A stretch of DNA of 64,000 bases from Paraspadella gotoi (Eukaryota; Animalia; Chaetognatha): NCBI GenBank assembly GCA_051294375.1, contig CM119267.1, positions 3,619,793-3,683,792 of the forward strand. The letters run 5' to 3'. Shown here piece after piece: positions 35,265 through 48,767 of this stretch (the first letter of the stretch is position 1; the number at the start of each line of letters is the position of its first letter). The notes beneath the pieces are model-generated. The model had not been told where the DNA came from. It searched no databases and saw only the letters and a list, made by a program, of their open reading frames with translations. Made by a program: the position numbers and the translations under genes.

Positions 35265-38200
35265 ATGGAAGATCCTCCAATGAATAACGCCTCTTTGGTT
35301 CCGGACGACAATTCCTCTGTTCTTTCTTCAAAGTCATCCTCAAATCATTCTTTACAGCAAGTTGTTCGTGTCGGACTTAATTCCTCCTTCCATCGCGCTA
35401 TGAACCCCTCGCTTAGTACTTCTGCCCATTCGTCGCTAAATAATGAACAAATCCACTCTCCCAACAATGAACCTTGCCGCGAATCATCACATGTTTCTGC
35501 CCCAGTCATTGCTTCCGGCCGATCCCGAAATTCTTCAAAGACTTCTTTGAATCATTCTTCACAACAAGTTCCGTCTGGGAATCATGAACCATGCCCGGCT
35601 CCTTTACATGAACAGAGCCATTCTTCTAATCATGAACGGGAACGTCCTTTAAGTCATGAAACTAACCCATTTTCATTTCATCTCATTAAACGGAGCCCTC
35701 CTACTGTTCATGAACTGATCCAAATTTTTGATCGGGAACCAGGAATCAGGAAAAGGAATTCTTTTAATCAGGAACCAGACCAGTCGCGATCTCGACGTTC
35801 TTCAATTTCATCGTATCCTCATGTTATGAACTCTGAGCTTAATCATTCTGCCCTTTCTTCTGCGAATCATGAATTATCCCACTCTAGTAACAGAGGAGCA
35901 GGCCATATTCCATCATTTCTTTCCGCGCCAGTTATTGCTTCTGGCCAATCTCAACTTTCCTCAAAAACATCTTTCAAACAGTCTTCGCGACAACGGAGAC
36001 ATTCTTATAATCATGCTTCAGTCGCACGTTCGAATAGTGTACAACACGATCATAATCAAGTCCCAACCCGATATTCTCTCCCTCCACTTTCGGATTTTAA
36101 CGCTGCTTTTCAACACGATTCCAGTCAAGTTTCCCCCACAAATTATGATCCAAATCGAGCTGCATTATACTCGAACGCTGATTTTACCCACCATGAAATT
36201 TCCCATCCATTTTCCCCGCCAAGGTCTTACCATCTTTCGTTCAATGATTCAAATCAACCTTCACCACCTAATCATGCTACAAAACTCGCGAAAAATCTTG
36301 TTCCTAAATCTGATTTCCCCATTTCCGTTTCTCGGAGTAATGATTTACCCAATGATATTGCCACATCATCATCGTCTTCAACATACACTCCAGAACAAAA
36401 TTTGGATTGTGAGCCGCGTTCCGATCTAAATACCAAACCATTATTATTCAATTCAATACCTCCGTCTGAACTTAATTCCGAATCAGCCTTTGATCCATTT
36501 TCCGGGTCGAACCGTAATATTACTAGTAATAGTACCACTAGTGAATCATCATCCCCCGTTCCCGCTTTCGATTCTTTTCAACGCGTTCGTAATTCCGCGT
36601 CACACCCCAATCCAAATTCTTCCGGACCCGTTCCTTCTTCGGAGTCACACCCATTAGCTGTGCCTGAATCAGACTCGGGATCTTGTGCCGACGCCGCGTT
36701 CCGCGAATGCGATCCCCCTTCGTACGACTTCGTACCCCCTCGTAATCCAATTTCAAACCGCCACCCTCCTCGTCTACCGCAGTACGTTTCTCCGCTCGCT
36801 CCTGTCGACGAAATTTATTCCAATATTTCTCCCCTCGCTCCTGTCAACGTTATTAATTCCAATATTTCTCCCCTCGCTCCTGTCAACGTCGTTAATTCCA
36901 GTATTTCACGCCCAGCTCCTGTCAATAATGCCAATATTTCATCTCCTGCTTCCAATGATGCCCAAAGGAACGTACTCTGCCCCCTCTGCCCTGAGCCATA
37001 TCGATGCTTTTGTCATTTATGGGACTGCCTGGAACGTTGTCTAGGAGTAAAGTGCCGTCTTATTTTAGTCCTTACTTTATTTTTTTGTTTGATCTTATTT
37101 TGGAAGTATTTTTTTATCTACCTGGCCAAAGTAGTCCCGGGTTTCGAAATCGTTTATAAGGACGCCGTGGACGTGGGCAAGTCACGACCGGCTCCAGAGC
37201 TGGACAACGAGCGGATATTCCGATTGCGACAGGCGCTCATGATTCCCACCATCTCCTATTTGGTGGATGACGGGAGTCCCAATAAATTAAGAGAGTTCGC
37301 TCACTTTTTGAAAACGAATTTTCCCCTGATTCACGATTCTCCGTTGATCTCGCTAAAAGTAGTCGAAAAATATACCCTCCTATATGAATTTCGCGGCAGC
37401 GACACGAACTTGCAGGCATATCTCCTTTGCGCGCATCAGGTTGGTGAAAGGCTTTCGAAGGAATTAAAAACTTATTAGGGGTAATTCTCGAAATGGTTGG
37501 AAAAATTACCCTCGCATCGGTCATCGTACACGTAGCATGTAAAACCGTCGAATTACCTTTAGTTTCTGGTTTGATTGACTTCCTAATTTTTGACATAAGT
37601 ATCTTAATCCTGATTTTGAACATTAGAAGCTTATGGGCAAAATTTTACATTCCAGTCGGTTATATTCGTTTTTCGCTTCTTATGAGCGATAACGTAACGA
37701 AATTTAATATATATCTGTGATGATATTAAAGTATTTTAAAATTATATTCATTTAATATAAATATATATAAGAATTTTAAAATTATATTCGTGACATAAAG
37801 GTGCCCCGATAGACCTTTCCCCAGTATGTATCCCTATCAGAACATACAATTCTACATGGTAGACTTATCCCTATTGGTAAAAATAATCATATATAACTTT
37901 GGTCACCCCTCAAAAATTTATCCATTCCCAGCCTCTTAGATATTATGATTTTTCAATTTTCATTAATGACTTTCTAACAGAAATGATTTGTGATATCTAT
38001 TAGAAAACTAGGACAGATTGTAATCTAACTCCCTCTATTTCCAGAAGACCACTCTGACTTCCCCTTCCCAAATTGAGTTATTAGATATAATGATAAGTAA
38101 AACATTTTTAAGAAAGAAAGCAATGAATAAATGTCCGGTTGTAAATGAATCCACTGATGAATAAAAGCCGATGAACGAATCCACGAAAGTTTCTTCCCGA

Positions 38201-41200
38201 CATATATATTTGATTAAATAATATAGATTAAATACTATATCCTTCATAAAATATAAAAATAGAAAATAGTGAAACAAGTAATTTGCAAATTTTCATAGAA
38301 ACGCTCCTAACCCTTACCACCTTCACCTCCCCTAACCTTAAGTTCAAACCTCCTACCCCTAAACGTTAAACAAAATTGATAATAAAAAAATTTGGAATTA
38401 ACAAGTTTGAGCAAACAATGCCGGATATGCCCACGATCATTAGCGGTAAGCAGCTGATCAGATAATTATTTAATTAATTGCAAATAATTAATTAATTACT
38501 TATTTATTAATAATTAATTAATGCAGCTTGAATTTACATTTAATATAAAAATAAAAAAAGCATAATCAAATAGTGAAATAGATTGTTTTTTCCATTTTAA
38601 CTCATTTTCACTTGGACAATTCCATTGAAACTTTATTTCCTGCTCAATCACACACTTTCTTACCCTACACAAAATTTCATTCCAATCCATCCATCAAATC
38701 CAGAGTAATTGGTGTTTTTTGCTAAGGTGGGACGGACGGACATCATTTTTTTGGTATAATTTATCATAGTTCGGAGATGATATAAGTGAATGTCCAACAA
38801 GATTAGGGGGGCGGACCGACAAAGTGAATTATAGAGCCGGAATCGGCTAAAAAACACAACACGGAGGCTCCACGCTGTATGGAAAACAAAATTCACGATA
38901 ATCACCGACTGGCGCTAGCTGACGTTAATTCCACACTCATAATTTACAATAATACCGATTTAAGCATTGACCTGAAAAGGATTAGACCTATTAAATATGT
39001 ATTAACTACGAAAAATGTCAATAACGCAAAACGCGTTTTCATTTGGTTCCGCATGGTTCCCTCAAATTCCATTTGGGTTTTCGACTCCTGCAATAATGTA
39101 TGCATCCATGTATGTATCTCAGTATTACAGAGTTATGCGCATTATTTTTGCTTGCGTGTTATAATTTTAAGGCAATTCTCATGACACCTTTCACTATAAT
39201 GGTGCTTTCTAACAGCGAAAAGCGAACTGAAATCTGTTTTATTCCAGGACGTTCATACGATCGGGGATAGACGTGAATGGATATTTGACCCATTTAGCGC
39301 CAAAGTCAAGGATAATTACGTTTACGCCAGAGGCGCGTTTTCCAAGTCTCAGTTGATGGCAATCATGGAGGTTCTCGAAAATAGACTCGCGACACATTGG
39401 AGGCCAGTCAGGTAAAATCAGTAAACTTGAGTGGAGGTGGTCGAGTTAAAAATAGCGAACAAAATCAGAAAAGCGAATTAGTTAAATGTGCTACAAGGTG
39501 GAATCCATTTTTATTGGGAGAAAGAGAAAATTTAGTTGCAAAGTAAATAATTCTAAAAATATTTTCAAATAAGTTTTTCGACCGGCGTTTGAACAGGGAT
39601 TAAAACAATTTATTAGCGGTGATTGGAATTTTTAAAGAATTCGGTGTTCCTTTCTTCCTAATAATATTCAGGATCTCCACTCTTGACCACTTGTATATTA
39701 AAACATGTACGAAGTTCAAAGTTTTTATGTAATTTTATCAAGATCATAATTTGTTTGCTAGATTTCTTTCCTTCTCTGAATACAATTGACAAAAAAATTA
39801 CCTTTTAAAGTTAAATTATATTTATAAACGTGTTTGAATATATTTTTAGACACTTATTTAATATAAAAATTTAATTATAATCTTTTGGATAAGGCTGATA
39901 AAGATTATCCGTTGAAAATCTGTTAATCTAATTTATTGTATAAACGTTTGAATTAAGAAAAAACTAAGAATAAGAGAGAAATAAATATTAACTTGTCGTG
40001 ACTTTAACCACCCTTTATTAAAGGCTATATTAAAGGCTTTAATACAGTATAGTGTAGCGAAGTGTAGTTCCTTGATCTTTCGGAAATGCGTGCAAATAAA
40101 TGAGAAAAATTAGGGGAGGTAATTTCAAAAAAGTCTCTCCCATTCCCAACCCACAGAACCTTGTACATCGCCCTGAATTACAACGAAGAGGTCTACGGCA
40201 GGAAAGGCGCTTCCGGCCTCGCTCGGTATTTGGAAGGGAAAAACAAACGGTTCCTCTTTGTTCTCGACGCTGGTTCCGCGATTGAGGAGTTCGAATTGCC
40301 AAATAAGCCCAACTTGACTGTCGCCATGGTTTCCGTCGGGGAACAATTAAGGATGTATCTGGAAATTACCGCTCATGGAAGATTTGATCTCCCGGTTTCA
40401 GAGCAAGAAAAAAGGTCAGTCTTTGAAAGTTTGATGAAACAAAATATTTCCCTTTTTCTCTCCATCGTTTTTAATATCACCACATACAATGCGTTTTTGC
40501 CTTTTTTTTTGGCCAACCCCTTCTAATTTTAAACTTCTTTTATCCTTCAGGGTGAGGAAGGTTCTCCATGAGGCGGAAACGCGCCTTCTTAATCAAGATT
40601 CTCCCATCGCAACTCTTGGTTCCGTGGAGGAACGGGCCGTGCAATTGCTTTTGCCGCATCATTCCCCAATGGAACGAATTTTATACGCCTGTCATTGGTT
40701 TTTCGGTTCTCGTAGCATCCGAGGGATTGGTGCCTTCAACCTAGATCACACTCGGTCCTTGATAAGGTACAAAATATAATTAAAAGTCGAAATAAAATTG
40801 CTCTTTTGTTCGTCAAAAAATCATAAATACAATAAATTATAAAATTATAAATACAACTGTTTAAACAACACTTCAAAACTTTTAATTTTATCGCAAAATT
40901 TCTAATATTAAATTAAGGATGTAAATTTTTCTTTTAATTAATTTTTCGAAGCTTTGTTTTTTTATTCGTCTCCATTCTCCAAACTAGGACGTCGAGTGGG
41001 AGCATCGAAATAAAGATTAAAAATGAATCCCATGGTATGATTGTTTACGGCACTCTCTTCCTCATTCGTGTCCTTTATCCTACTTTAACCGCAAGTCAGA
41101 TGATGATTAAAGACAAAACTCTTCTTTCCGACCTTTCGATTGCCTATCAATGCTCGTACCCCAAAAACCTTAAGTTCGAGCCACCCTCCGCCATCGCTCC

Positions 41201-41504
41201 CTTCGAGGGCGAAGGCTACTCCCTCTTCGGCTGGCACAGCGTCAAGAACGCCATTCGTCGCACCTTCAATGGCAGTATTGTAGTGCCGTACACGTTGAAG
41301 ACCAAATACGGTACAGGGGCCCGTTACTTTCAAGGTATCTCCGAGTCGGTCCTTCGATTCCTTCCGGTTAAGGTCGATAAATCGGAATTGGATCGCAGGG
41401 AATCCGCTAATGAGCGGATCTCACTCGAGATTTACCAGACGATGATGAATTTCTACTCTCGCCTCATGGACAACGCAGAGTTATCTTATTTAGTTCGCGT
41501 CTGA
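35265..41504 (+). CDS. Type II membrane protein: ~590-aa S/H/P/N-rich tail, TM, degenerate M20 (PM20D1/Cps1-like) peptidase domain; 1109 aa, 5 exons
   Basis: Exons 35265-37439, 39248-39411, 40157-40414, 40551-40766, 40988-41504 (3330 nt). RLRQALMIPTISY, FPLIH, YTLLYEFRGSD.NL..YLLCAHQ|DV, DPFSA....YVYARGA, NEEVYG..GA, FVLDAG, ANERIS. Confidence 0.8.
38400..38855 (-). mobile_element. HINE/DINE-1-like element in PM20D1-like intron 1
   Basis: Reverse-complement homologue of 43143-43840 (acaagtttgagcaaacaatg vs cattgtttgctcacacttgt; aattggtgttttttgctaaggtg vs caccttagcaaaaaacaccaatt). Confidence 0.7.
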
Positions 41505-42469
41505 ATTAACCGTTGTACGCTTGCGTGTTATTTTGCATTGTTTTATCGCAATTATTTTTTACTCACTTAGTTTTTAGATTTTTTTGGATTTTTTTTTTGA
41601 TGTCGAATTGTAAAAATGCCAAAGAATTTGGCAAATTTCAAATGTTGAACGAAAATGACTCGTGCTTATTTTTATTTTTTTTTATTAGCATGTTACTGTT
41701 GGCGGCAGATTTGCTCGGATATTTGTTACAATACTGATGACTGTATTGTTGAATGTTAAAATGAAATCAATTAAAACCAAACTGAAACCATGAAAAAGTA
41801 TTTTTTTCAAGGTTATGAGTGATAAGCTAAATCTTAGGGTAAAAAAAGCTGAGTAAAAATAGAAGTGGCTTAAATGTAGTATCACACATATAAAAGATTT
41901 TTTGTCGTTGCAATCGCTTTGCGTTTGCGATGATCTCGTAACGCTTTTGCGCATAAGTGGCGTAGTCGTTGTCGTCGGCGTTCCAACTTATCGATCGCTT
42001 TTTTGATGATTAAATTTGGGTGTATGAAGCAGCTTCTCATCATTGAGGACCTTGAAATTGGGTGAGGACAGTTATTAAATGTTTTGTTTACGTTTTATAA
42101 AAACAAATTTCTTTTATTTTTGTCTCCTTCTCTCTCTTCTCTTTTAATTATATGTAGCTCTCTCTCTCTCTTTTCCCCAGTCGCTGATTCCTTGGGCTCT
42201 GCAGGGGCTTTCTTTTTCTCTTTTTTCTCCTGCTGCTTCTGCTGATTCGTCCGCTGATTCTCTCTCTCTCTCTCTGCGATTTTATTTTTAAAAAAATTGA
42301 ATTAGGATTGAACTCGTAAAATTAAGCATAGCATTTGTGCATGTTATCATTTTGATATTGCAACATCGGGTTTTTATTTCGTTCTTTCTTATCATCACTC
42401 TCTTTATTTTTATTTTTCTTTCTTTCCTTTCTATTCATACTACGCCGTATTCAGAGGGATCGGCTTTCT

Positions 42470-42940
42470 TTTCCGTTTCCTTTTTCTTTCCTTTCCTTTC
42501 TTTTCCTTTACTCTTCCTTTCTTTTTTCTTTACTTATGCTATTTCTTTCCTTTCTTTCTTTCCTTTCCCTTTCTATTTCTTTCTTTCTTTCTATTTTCTT
42601 CTTTCCTTTCTATTTCTTTCTTTCCTTTTCTATTTCTTCTTTCCTTTTCTATTCTTTTCTTTCTCCTTTCATTCTTTCTTCCTTTCTATTCTTTCTTCCT
42701 TTCTATTTTTTCTTTCTTTTCTATTTTTTCTTTTTCCTTTCTATTTTTTCTTCCTTTTCTATTTTTTTTTCCTTTCTATTTTTTCTTCTTTCTATTTTTT
42801 TTCTTTCCTTTCTATTTTCTTTCTTTCCTTTCTATTTCTTTCTTTCTTTCTTTCTATTCTTTCTTTCCTTCTATTCTTTCTTTTCCTTTCTTTATTCTTT
42901 CTTTCCTTTTTATTCTTTCTTTCCTTTCTTATTCTTTCTT
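42470..42940. repeat. Polypyrimidine low-complexity (TTTC/TTCTA) tract
   Basis: About 470 nt almost entirely T/C with periodic A. Confidence 0.9.
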
Positions 42941-43142
42941 TATATTTATTCTGTAACTGTAACTTTAATTTTCCTCGGTACTTATTTATTTTTATTTAAT
43001 TGACAATCGCAAATATAATTTTTCTTTCTGTTTATAAATTAAATTTTTTTTCTCAAATTTGATTTTTTTTAGTATCAAAATTTGTCGTCAATCCAGATTT
43101 TTCTTATGCGATTGCGACGATCCTTATGCTTTTAAGATTTTT

Positions 43143-43840
43143 TTTTAGTCGGATCTGCTTTCAGCAGATCCCGACTCTATAATTCACTTTGTTGGTCTCT
43201 CCGTGCGGGTCCGCCCCCTCAATATTGTTGGGCATTCACTTATATCATGTTATAACATCGAATTATGATAAATTATGCAAAAAAAAAATTCCGTCCGTCT
43301 GTCTGTTACACCTTAGCAAAAAACACCAATTACCCGTGATTGGATGGATGGATTGAAATTTTTTGTGCGGGTAGGGAAGTGTGTGATTGAGCTGGATATG
43401 AAGTTTCGATGGAATCGTCCGAGTAAAAATGAGTTTAAATAGAAAAAAAAATATATATTTTACTATTTGAACACCAATTACTCATGATTGGATAGGGCAA
43501 TTGACTTCAAATTTTGTATTTGGGTAGAAAAGTGCGTGATTAAACTGGAAATCAAGTTTTGATGGAATCATTTGAGTGGAAATGAGTTTAAATGGAAAAA
43601 AACAAAGAACCTGTTTCATGAATTGATTATGCTTTTTCTTTTTATTTTAAATGTAAATGCAAGATGTAATAATTAATCAGTTAATTAATCAATTAGTCAA
43701 TTAATTAATTAATAATTAATTAATCAGTTAATCAATCAAAACCAACATTTTGGATCAAATTAATATTAATTAATTGCTTAATTAAATAATTAACTTGAAT
43801 TAATTAATTACTAATCCGACATTGTTTGCTCACACTTGTT
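43143..43840 (+). mobile_element. HINE/DINE-1-like element with internal tandem duplication
   Basis: Head tttttagtcggatctgctttcagcagatcccgactctataattcactttg, tccgtccgtctgtctgt tract, and a duplicated block 43322-43470 / 43471-43620. Confidence 0.7.
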
Positions 43841-45332
43841 TTTAAAGAAAACCTAATCTGCCGATGCGTTGTCGTTTTTAAAACTACTATTTTTCGTGAA
43901 AAATGATCAGAAAACCTTCAAGGCTTATCAGTTTATAGAATATCAACAATGGTGTAGGTGTAAAAACTAAGGTCTGTCGACGAATTGTATAAGAATTGAA
44001 CAAATTTTTGAAATAAGAGCTTATGACTGACAGCATGTGTCTTGAGGACCGAAAAAAGAGACGAGTCAAGAGTCTTAAGATGGAACCTTTAGGAACTACC
44101 GAAGTTCCTCACCTCGCCTAAGCTAAGGCTAATTTTCTCATTTCTAGCCAAAGCGGCGTTCAAAAACGATAACGGTTAAGACTTTTCCAAAACCTTCGCT
44201 CGCCCTCCCTTATTCCCCTCGACCACTTCCTCGATTTCTTTTTCTCCGTCAAGTGAAACTGATAACCCGAAGCGCGAGGAGGTGAACTCGTGTCACGCCG
44301 CCTCACCTGCGTGAAGATTACGCCTTTAGGGGAGAGAGGGTAGAGGAAATGGGCGAATTGATTGAGGGATAAACTGACGAGCGATAAAAGGGAAAGAAAA
44401 AAAAGGGAATTAAATTGCGAGAAAGAAAAAAAAACCGAGACTGATCTACAGCTGACGAATGAATTGGACAAAGCGAAAGATCGCGACCGAGTTGTTCGTC
44501 GATGACTCATCCCGATTCGTCTAAAAGGAAAAGAATAAACGCGTCCCAGATTTCCACTTTCAGAGCTCTTAGAGAAAAGCAAACAAACTCGTTTCTATTT
44601 TTCTCTTTTTTTGGGGGTTTTTTTGTTTTGTTTTTTTTGTTCTGCTTTCGAAGACGAGTAATTAACGCGAAAGTCGGAATAATTAAAAACGAGGATTCTT
44701 CCTTCAGATTTACTCGGAATCATCTTAACTGGAGGATCAAGAAACTTTTCAAGGGCTTTTATTATATCAACGGGGAACTGGCGATCGATCTTATTTTTCA
44801 ACGGGCTCGTTTTCCATTTCGTTTTGTGTGGGAGAGCAACAGTTTCCCCCGTTATTTCTTTCTTGGGCTTTAGGGGGAAAAAATTTTTTTCAACTTCCGA
44901 TTTCGAGTTTTCACTCAATTCACTCTTGACGTATTCCTCAGATTTTTTTTCTTTCATCGTTTTAACTTTTCATTTTTTTCTTCGTTTACTCTTTAAAGAT
45001 TTTTTAACAGTTCGTCCCTTTTGTTTCGCCTTTTTGCAATTTTTCTGTCGTAAAGTAAAACCCGTTTTTCCCCTTTTACACGTCACCCGCATTTTCGAGT
45101 CAATTTCAGCCGCTAATTCGTCAACGAAGTCTAGCCTCCAACGAACTGGCATTTGAGTCGGAAAAGAAAAAGGGTCAACGACAATAAAGCAATGGAATTC
45201 GGTGCCTGATTTGAACAAATAATCGGACAGACAAAGACTTTCCTTTTTGGAATTTTTTTTTTTTTTCAATTACAACAACAAACAAAAAACAACTGATTTT
45301 GAAGCCTTCTCGGTCAATCCCCGACGAAGATT

Positions 45333-48300
45333 ATGTTCGGAAGCAAGGAGTTGAGCGTGGAGTCGGCGGTGCAGGAAGAGGTGCAGCCGTTGGTGGAGCG
45401 TGCCGCGGCTTTGCGGAAATACATAATGAAATTGATCAAGCCGATCGAAGATTCCGCGGTCGCAAGATTCGTCGCTCTTCCTCAAGAATCTTTCGCCGGA
45501 GATCAACTAAAAAACCTGAGGTTGGGTATAACTATATGAAATTGGTAAAACCAATATAAAAATTATCCATTTAATAAATAAGCTATCTTGCCCCTGACTT
45601 TGGACAGGCTTTGGTGGTTTAAGACCTCCATCACTCTTACAAGATAATGACATAGCAAGTCCCTGCAAGCTTTCAATCAAGACTGTCTTATTTATTCATT
45701 AGATAACTACAAATTGCAATTAAGTCAAATTTAAATTTGGCCAAGTTTCGATTTTGTAACGATTCTATGGGAAGAAAAGGTGCAGCAGCCATGCAACCAT
45801 TTGAACTCGTTTTATTTAAAACGTTTATCTATACTTACTATCTAGGAAAAAAGTATATTTATATATTCATTTATTCAATAAAAAGTATATAAATTATAAG
45901 TAAGACATTCTTAATATTTGGTATGTTTTTTTTTGGTATTATTGTTTGTATTCGTTTGAGCATGCTCTATACAGCTAATTGAGGTATGACAGTAAAATGT
46001 TTTTTTATATTTTTAACGCAATTCCCTTTGGACCTGATGTTGATGTTATGTTTTTCCCTTTTTTTAAAAAGTATAATAGCTTTTTTTGAATCAAAAAAAG
46101 ATATAAGGCTTTAGCTAGCCAAATTAAAAAAAAATAATTCTATTCGAAATAAAAATAAATAGTTAAATATAAAAATGTAAAAAAAATAATTATATTTTTT
46201 ATTTGAAGTAACAATATTTTTTGGCCTGTAACTTTTAAACGATTTGATCTCCAAAAAAATAGAAAAAAGTTACTGAAAAAAAAATCCGGAAATATTCAGA
46301 TTTTTTTAAAATCAAATAAGTTTTTGAATAAATATTAGATATCCTTTATTAAAAAAGTTATATATTTTTTTCCTAGATAGTACATTTTAAATAATTAAAC
46401 GTAAAAATAGATTCAACCACGAAATTCACATCGTTTTTCCACTCCTTCCAAATCAGCGAGGGGTTCAAACACCAAACCGGCAGCATCCTCGCAGAAGTAG
46501 CGCTGACTTCGACGCAACTCCCGCTTAAAATCGTGGAATGCTCTGTCGACTTCGACAAACAATGGAAGGAGGCGGTGAAAGCAGCGGCTGTGAAATTGAA
46601 AGGAATCAAAGACGAATACCCTCCCCTCGTCAAAGGTCTCCTTCCGCTCAACGAGGCCGCGAAAAAAGTGGACAGCGCATTGGGAAAGGTCAACAGGGAA
46701 GAGAAAAAGGTTGCGAAGAGCAAGAAAAAGTCCGTCGACCTCACCAAACTGGAACAGCTCAAACGCGAAGCCTCGGAATCGGTGATCGACATGGAAAACC
46801 TCAAGGATACTTTCAAAGCCGATCTGCAGAACTACATCGGGAGAGAACACGAGTGCACCAAGATGCTTTGCGACCTGGTGGAGCTTCAGAGAAAGAGCAT
46901 TCAAAGAGCCGCCGATGCGGCTAAAGAGAATCTCGATCAGTTGGAAAATAAGATCCGCAGCAACCCCAATCTCTTCGTCTACAAGTTACCGCTACAGCAG
47001 CATCTCATGGCGACTCGGAAAGAGATCGCCGTTCCTATCGAGGTCTGCTGCAGCATCATGTATCAGATTGGAACGACCTGTGAAGGTTTACTGAGAATCC
47101 CGGGAAAGGCCTCTAAGATCAAAGCCATCGTCGCCGCCTTCAACTACGAGGAGGACGTGGACTGGAACGTGTTTGCCGATTCCATTCACAGCATCGGCGG
47201 CGCGCTCAAGCAATACCTGAGGGATCTGCCCGAGCCTCTCCTCACCTTCGACCTTCACAATGATTGGCTGACGGCGATGCGGCGGCTTCGTAGAGACCCT
47301 TCCATCGGCCTCCAGCAGGTCCTCGACATTGTGCACGAGCTCCCTCCGGAGAACTATAACAATCTCCGTTACTTGGTCAAATTCCTCGACACGGTCGTCA
47401 AAAACGCCGACCAGAATAAAATGACGGCGGAAAACTTGGCCACGGTAATAGGCCCCAACCTCCTATGGCCGGTCTCCGGCACAACGATGGAGCTCGACGA
47501 CATTCCGCACCGCAACATGATCGTCGAGGTGCTCTTGGCCAACCACGATCACATATTCCCCTCCTTCGCTTTCAAACCTACCATCGTTCTCAAGGGAAAC
47601 CCTTCCAACTCTTACATCCATAATCAAAACAGTAACGGCATCTTCAGTTCCGGTGCTGTGAGCGAGGCCGTCTTCGGAGTTAAGCTGGAGGAACACCTCC
47701 AAGAGACTGGTCGGGAGATCGCATCCGTGATCGAGGAGTGTTGCTCGGTGATGTTTCAACTCGGCCTTCAAGATAGCGTCCTCTGCGCTCACGGCAACGT
47801 GTCCAAGGTAAAGCAGCTGCGGGTTGCGCTCAACAATCAGCGCGCGATCGATTGGAACTCTTTCGCCGACGACGTTCACAGCATTGGCGACGCAATGAAG
47901 CAATATCTTCGCGTCCTCCCCGAGCCGCTCATGACCTTTCGCCTCTACGACGTTTGGATCTCCGCCGCGAAATCCTTTGAACTCTCCAAGGCCACGGGTG
48001 AGGTCAACTACGGTCCCATAAGAGAAGCGTTGGCTCAGCTCTCTCCTGCGAACTTCAACAATCTCCGCTACCTAATAAAATTCTTGGCCGAGGTCGTCTT
48101 CTGCACCAAGAAACTGGAGGACGTAGCCAAAGTGATGGGACCCCATCTCTTGTACCCGGACCCAAGCAAACCGCTGGATCCTCATAACGTGCACATGCCG
48201 AGCTTGATCGTCAAGTTCCTAGTTCAGCACCACGCCATTTTCTTTCCCGCCTTTCACTTCACTCCGCTCACGTTACTACGCGAGGCCGGGGAGCGTCGCC

Positions 48301-48767
48301 CCTCGGAAGCCGTCGTCGACGCCGATCCGGGCCCGCCCGCGGCGCTGCCTCCCAAGACCCGATTGGAACCACCACGCGGCGCCATGCTCTATCCGTCGCT
48401 CACACCCGACGCCATCAGCGGAACCCCCAATCCTTTCTCTTACTCGCCCTTCGCCGCCGCCTCCGCTCCACTTTCCGACTTGGACGAGTCTTTTCCTCCG
48501 CGATCTTCCACTTTCTCTCACTCACCACATCGCGGGGGCGACGAGCCCGTTGAAGCGAGCCCCCTTCAGGTGGCGCAATTGCTCGACCTCGACGCCTCCT
48601 CGGCGCTGACGAGAATGTTGACCAAGAAGCGGACGCCGCGTCGGATGCGGCGGAGGGACTTGGCCAGTCTCGTCAACGAGGTCGCGGAGTCTGACGACGA
48701 AGACGGAAGGAAGAGGGCGTCAACGTTTTCGGTGCAGTCTGCGTCGTCGGCGACGTGGGAGGGTTAG
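45333..48767 (+). CDS. BAR-like coiled coil plus two tandem RhoGAP domains (ARHGAP17/44/SH3BP1-like), 832 aa, 2 exons
   Basis: Exons 45333-45520 and 46457-48767 join in phase 2. GAP1: EGLLRIPG, GALKQYLRDLPEPLLT, NKMTAENLATVIGPNLL. GAP2: VFGVKLEEHL..GREIA, KQYLRVLPEPLMT, NNLRYLIKFL. Pro-rich tail. The 5' start is less certain. Confidence 0.85.

Noticed and set aside
38153-38200. CTGATGA...GAAA on the + strand
   Set aside because: No stem II pairing; it belongs to the small repeat shared with 23878-23950, whose copy lacks the core.
42337-43003. Long Phe/Leu/Ser-rich ORFs that look like membrane proteins
   Set aside because: They are translations of a polypyrimidine simple repeat.
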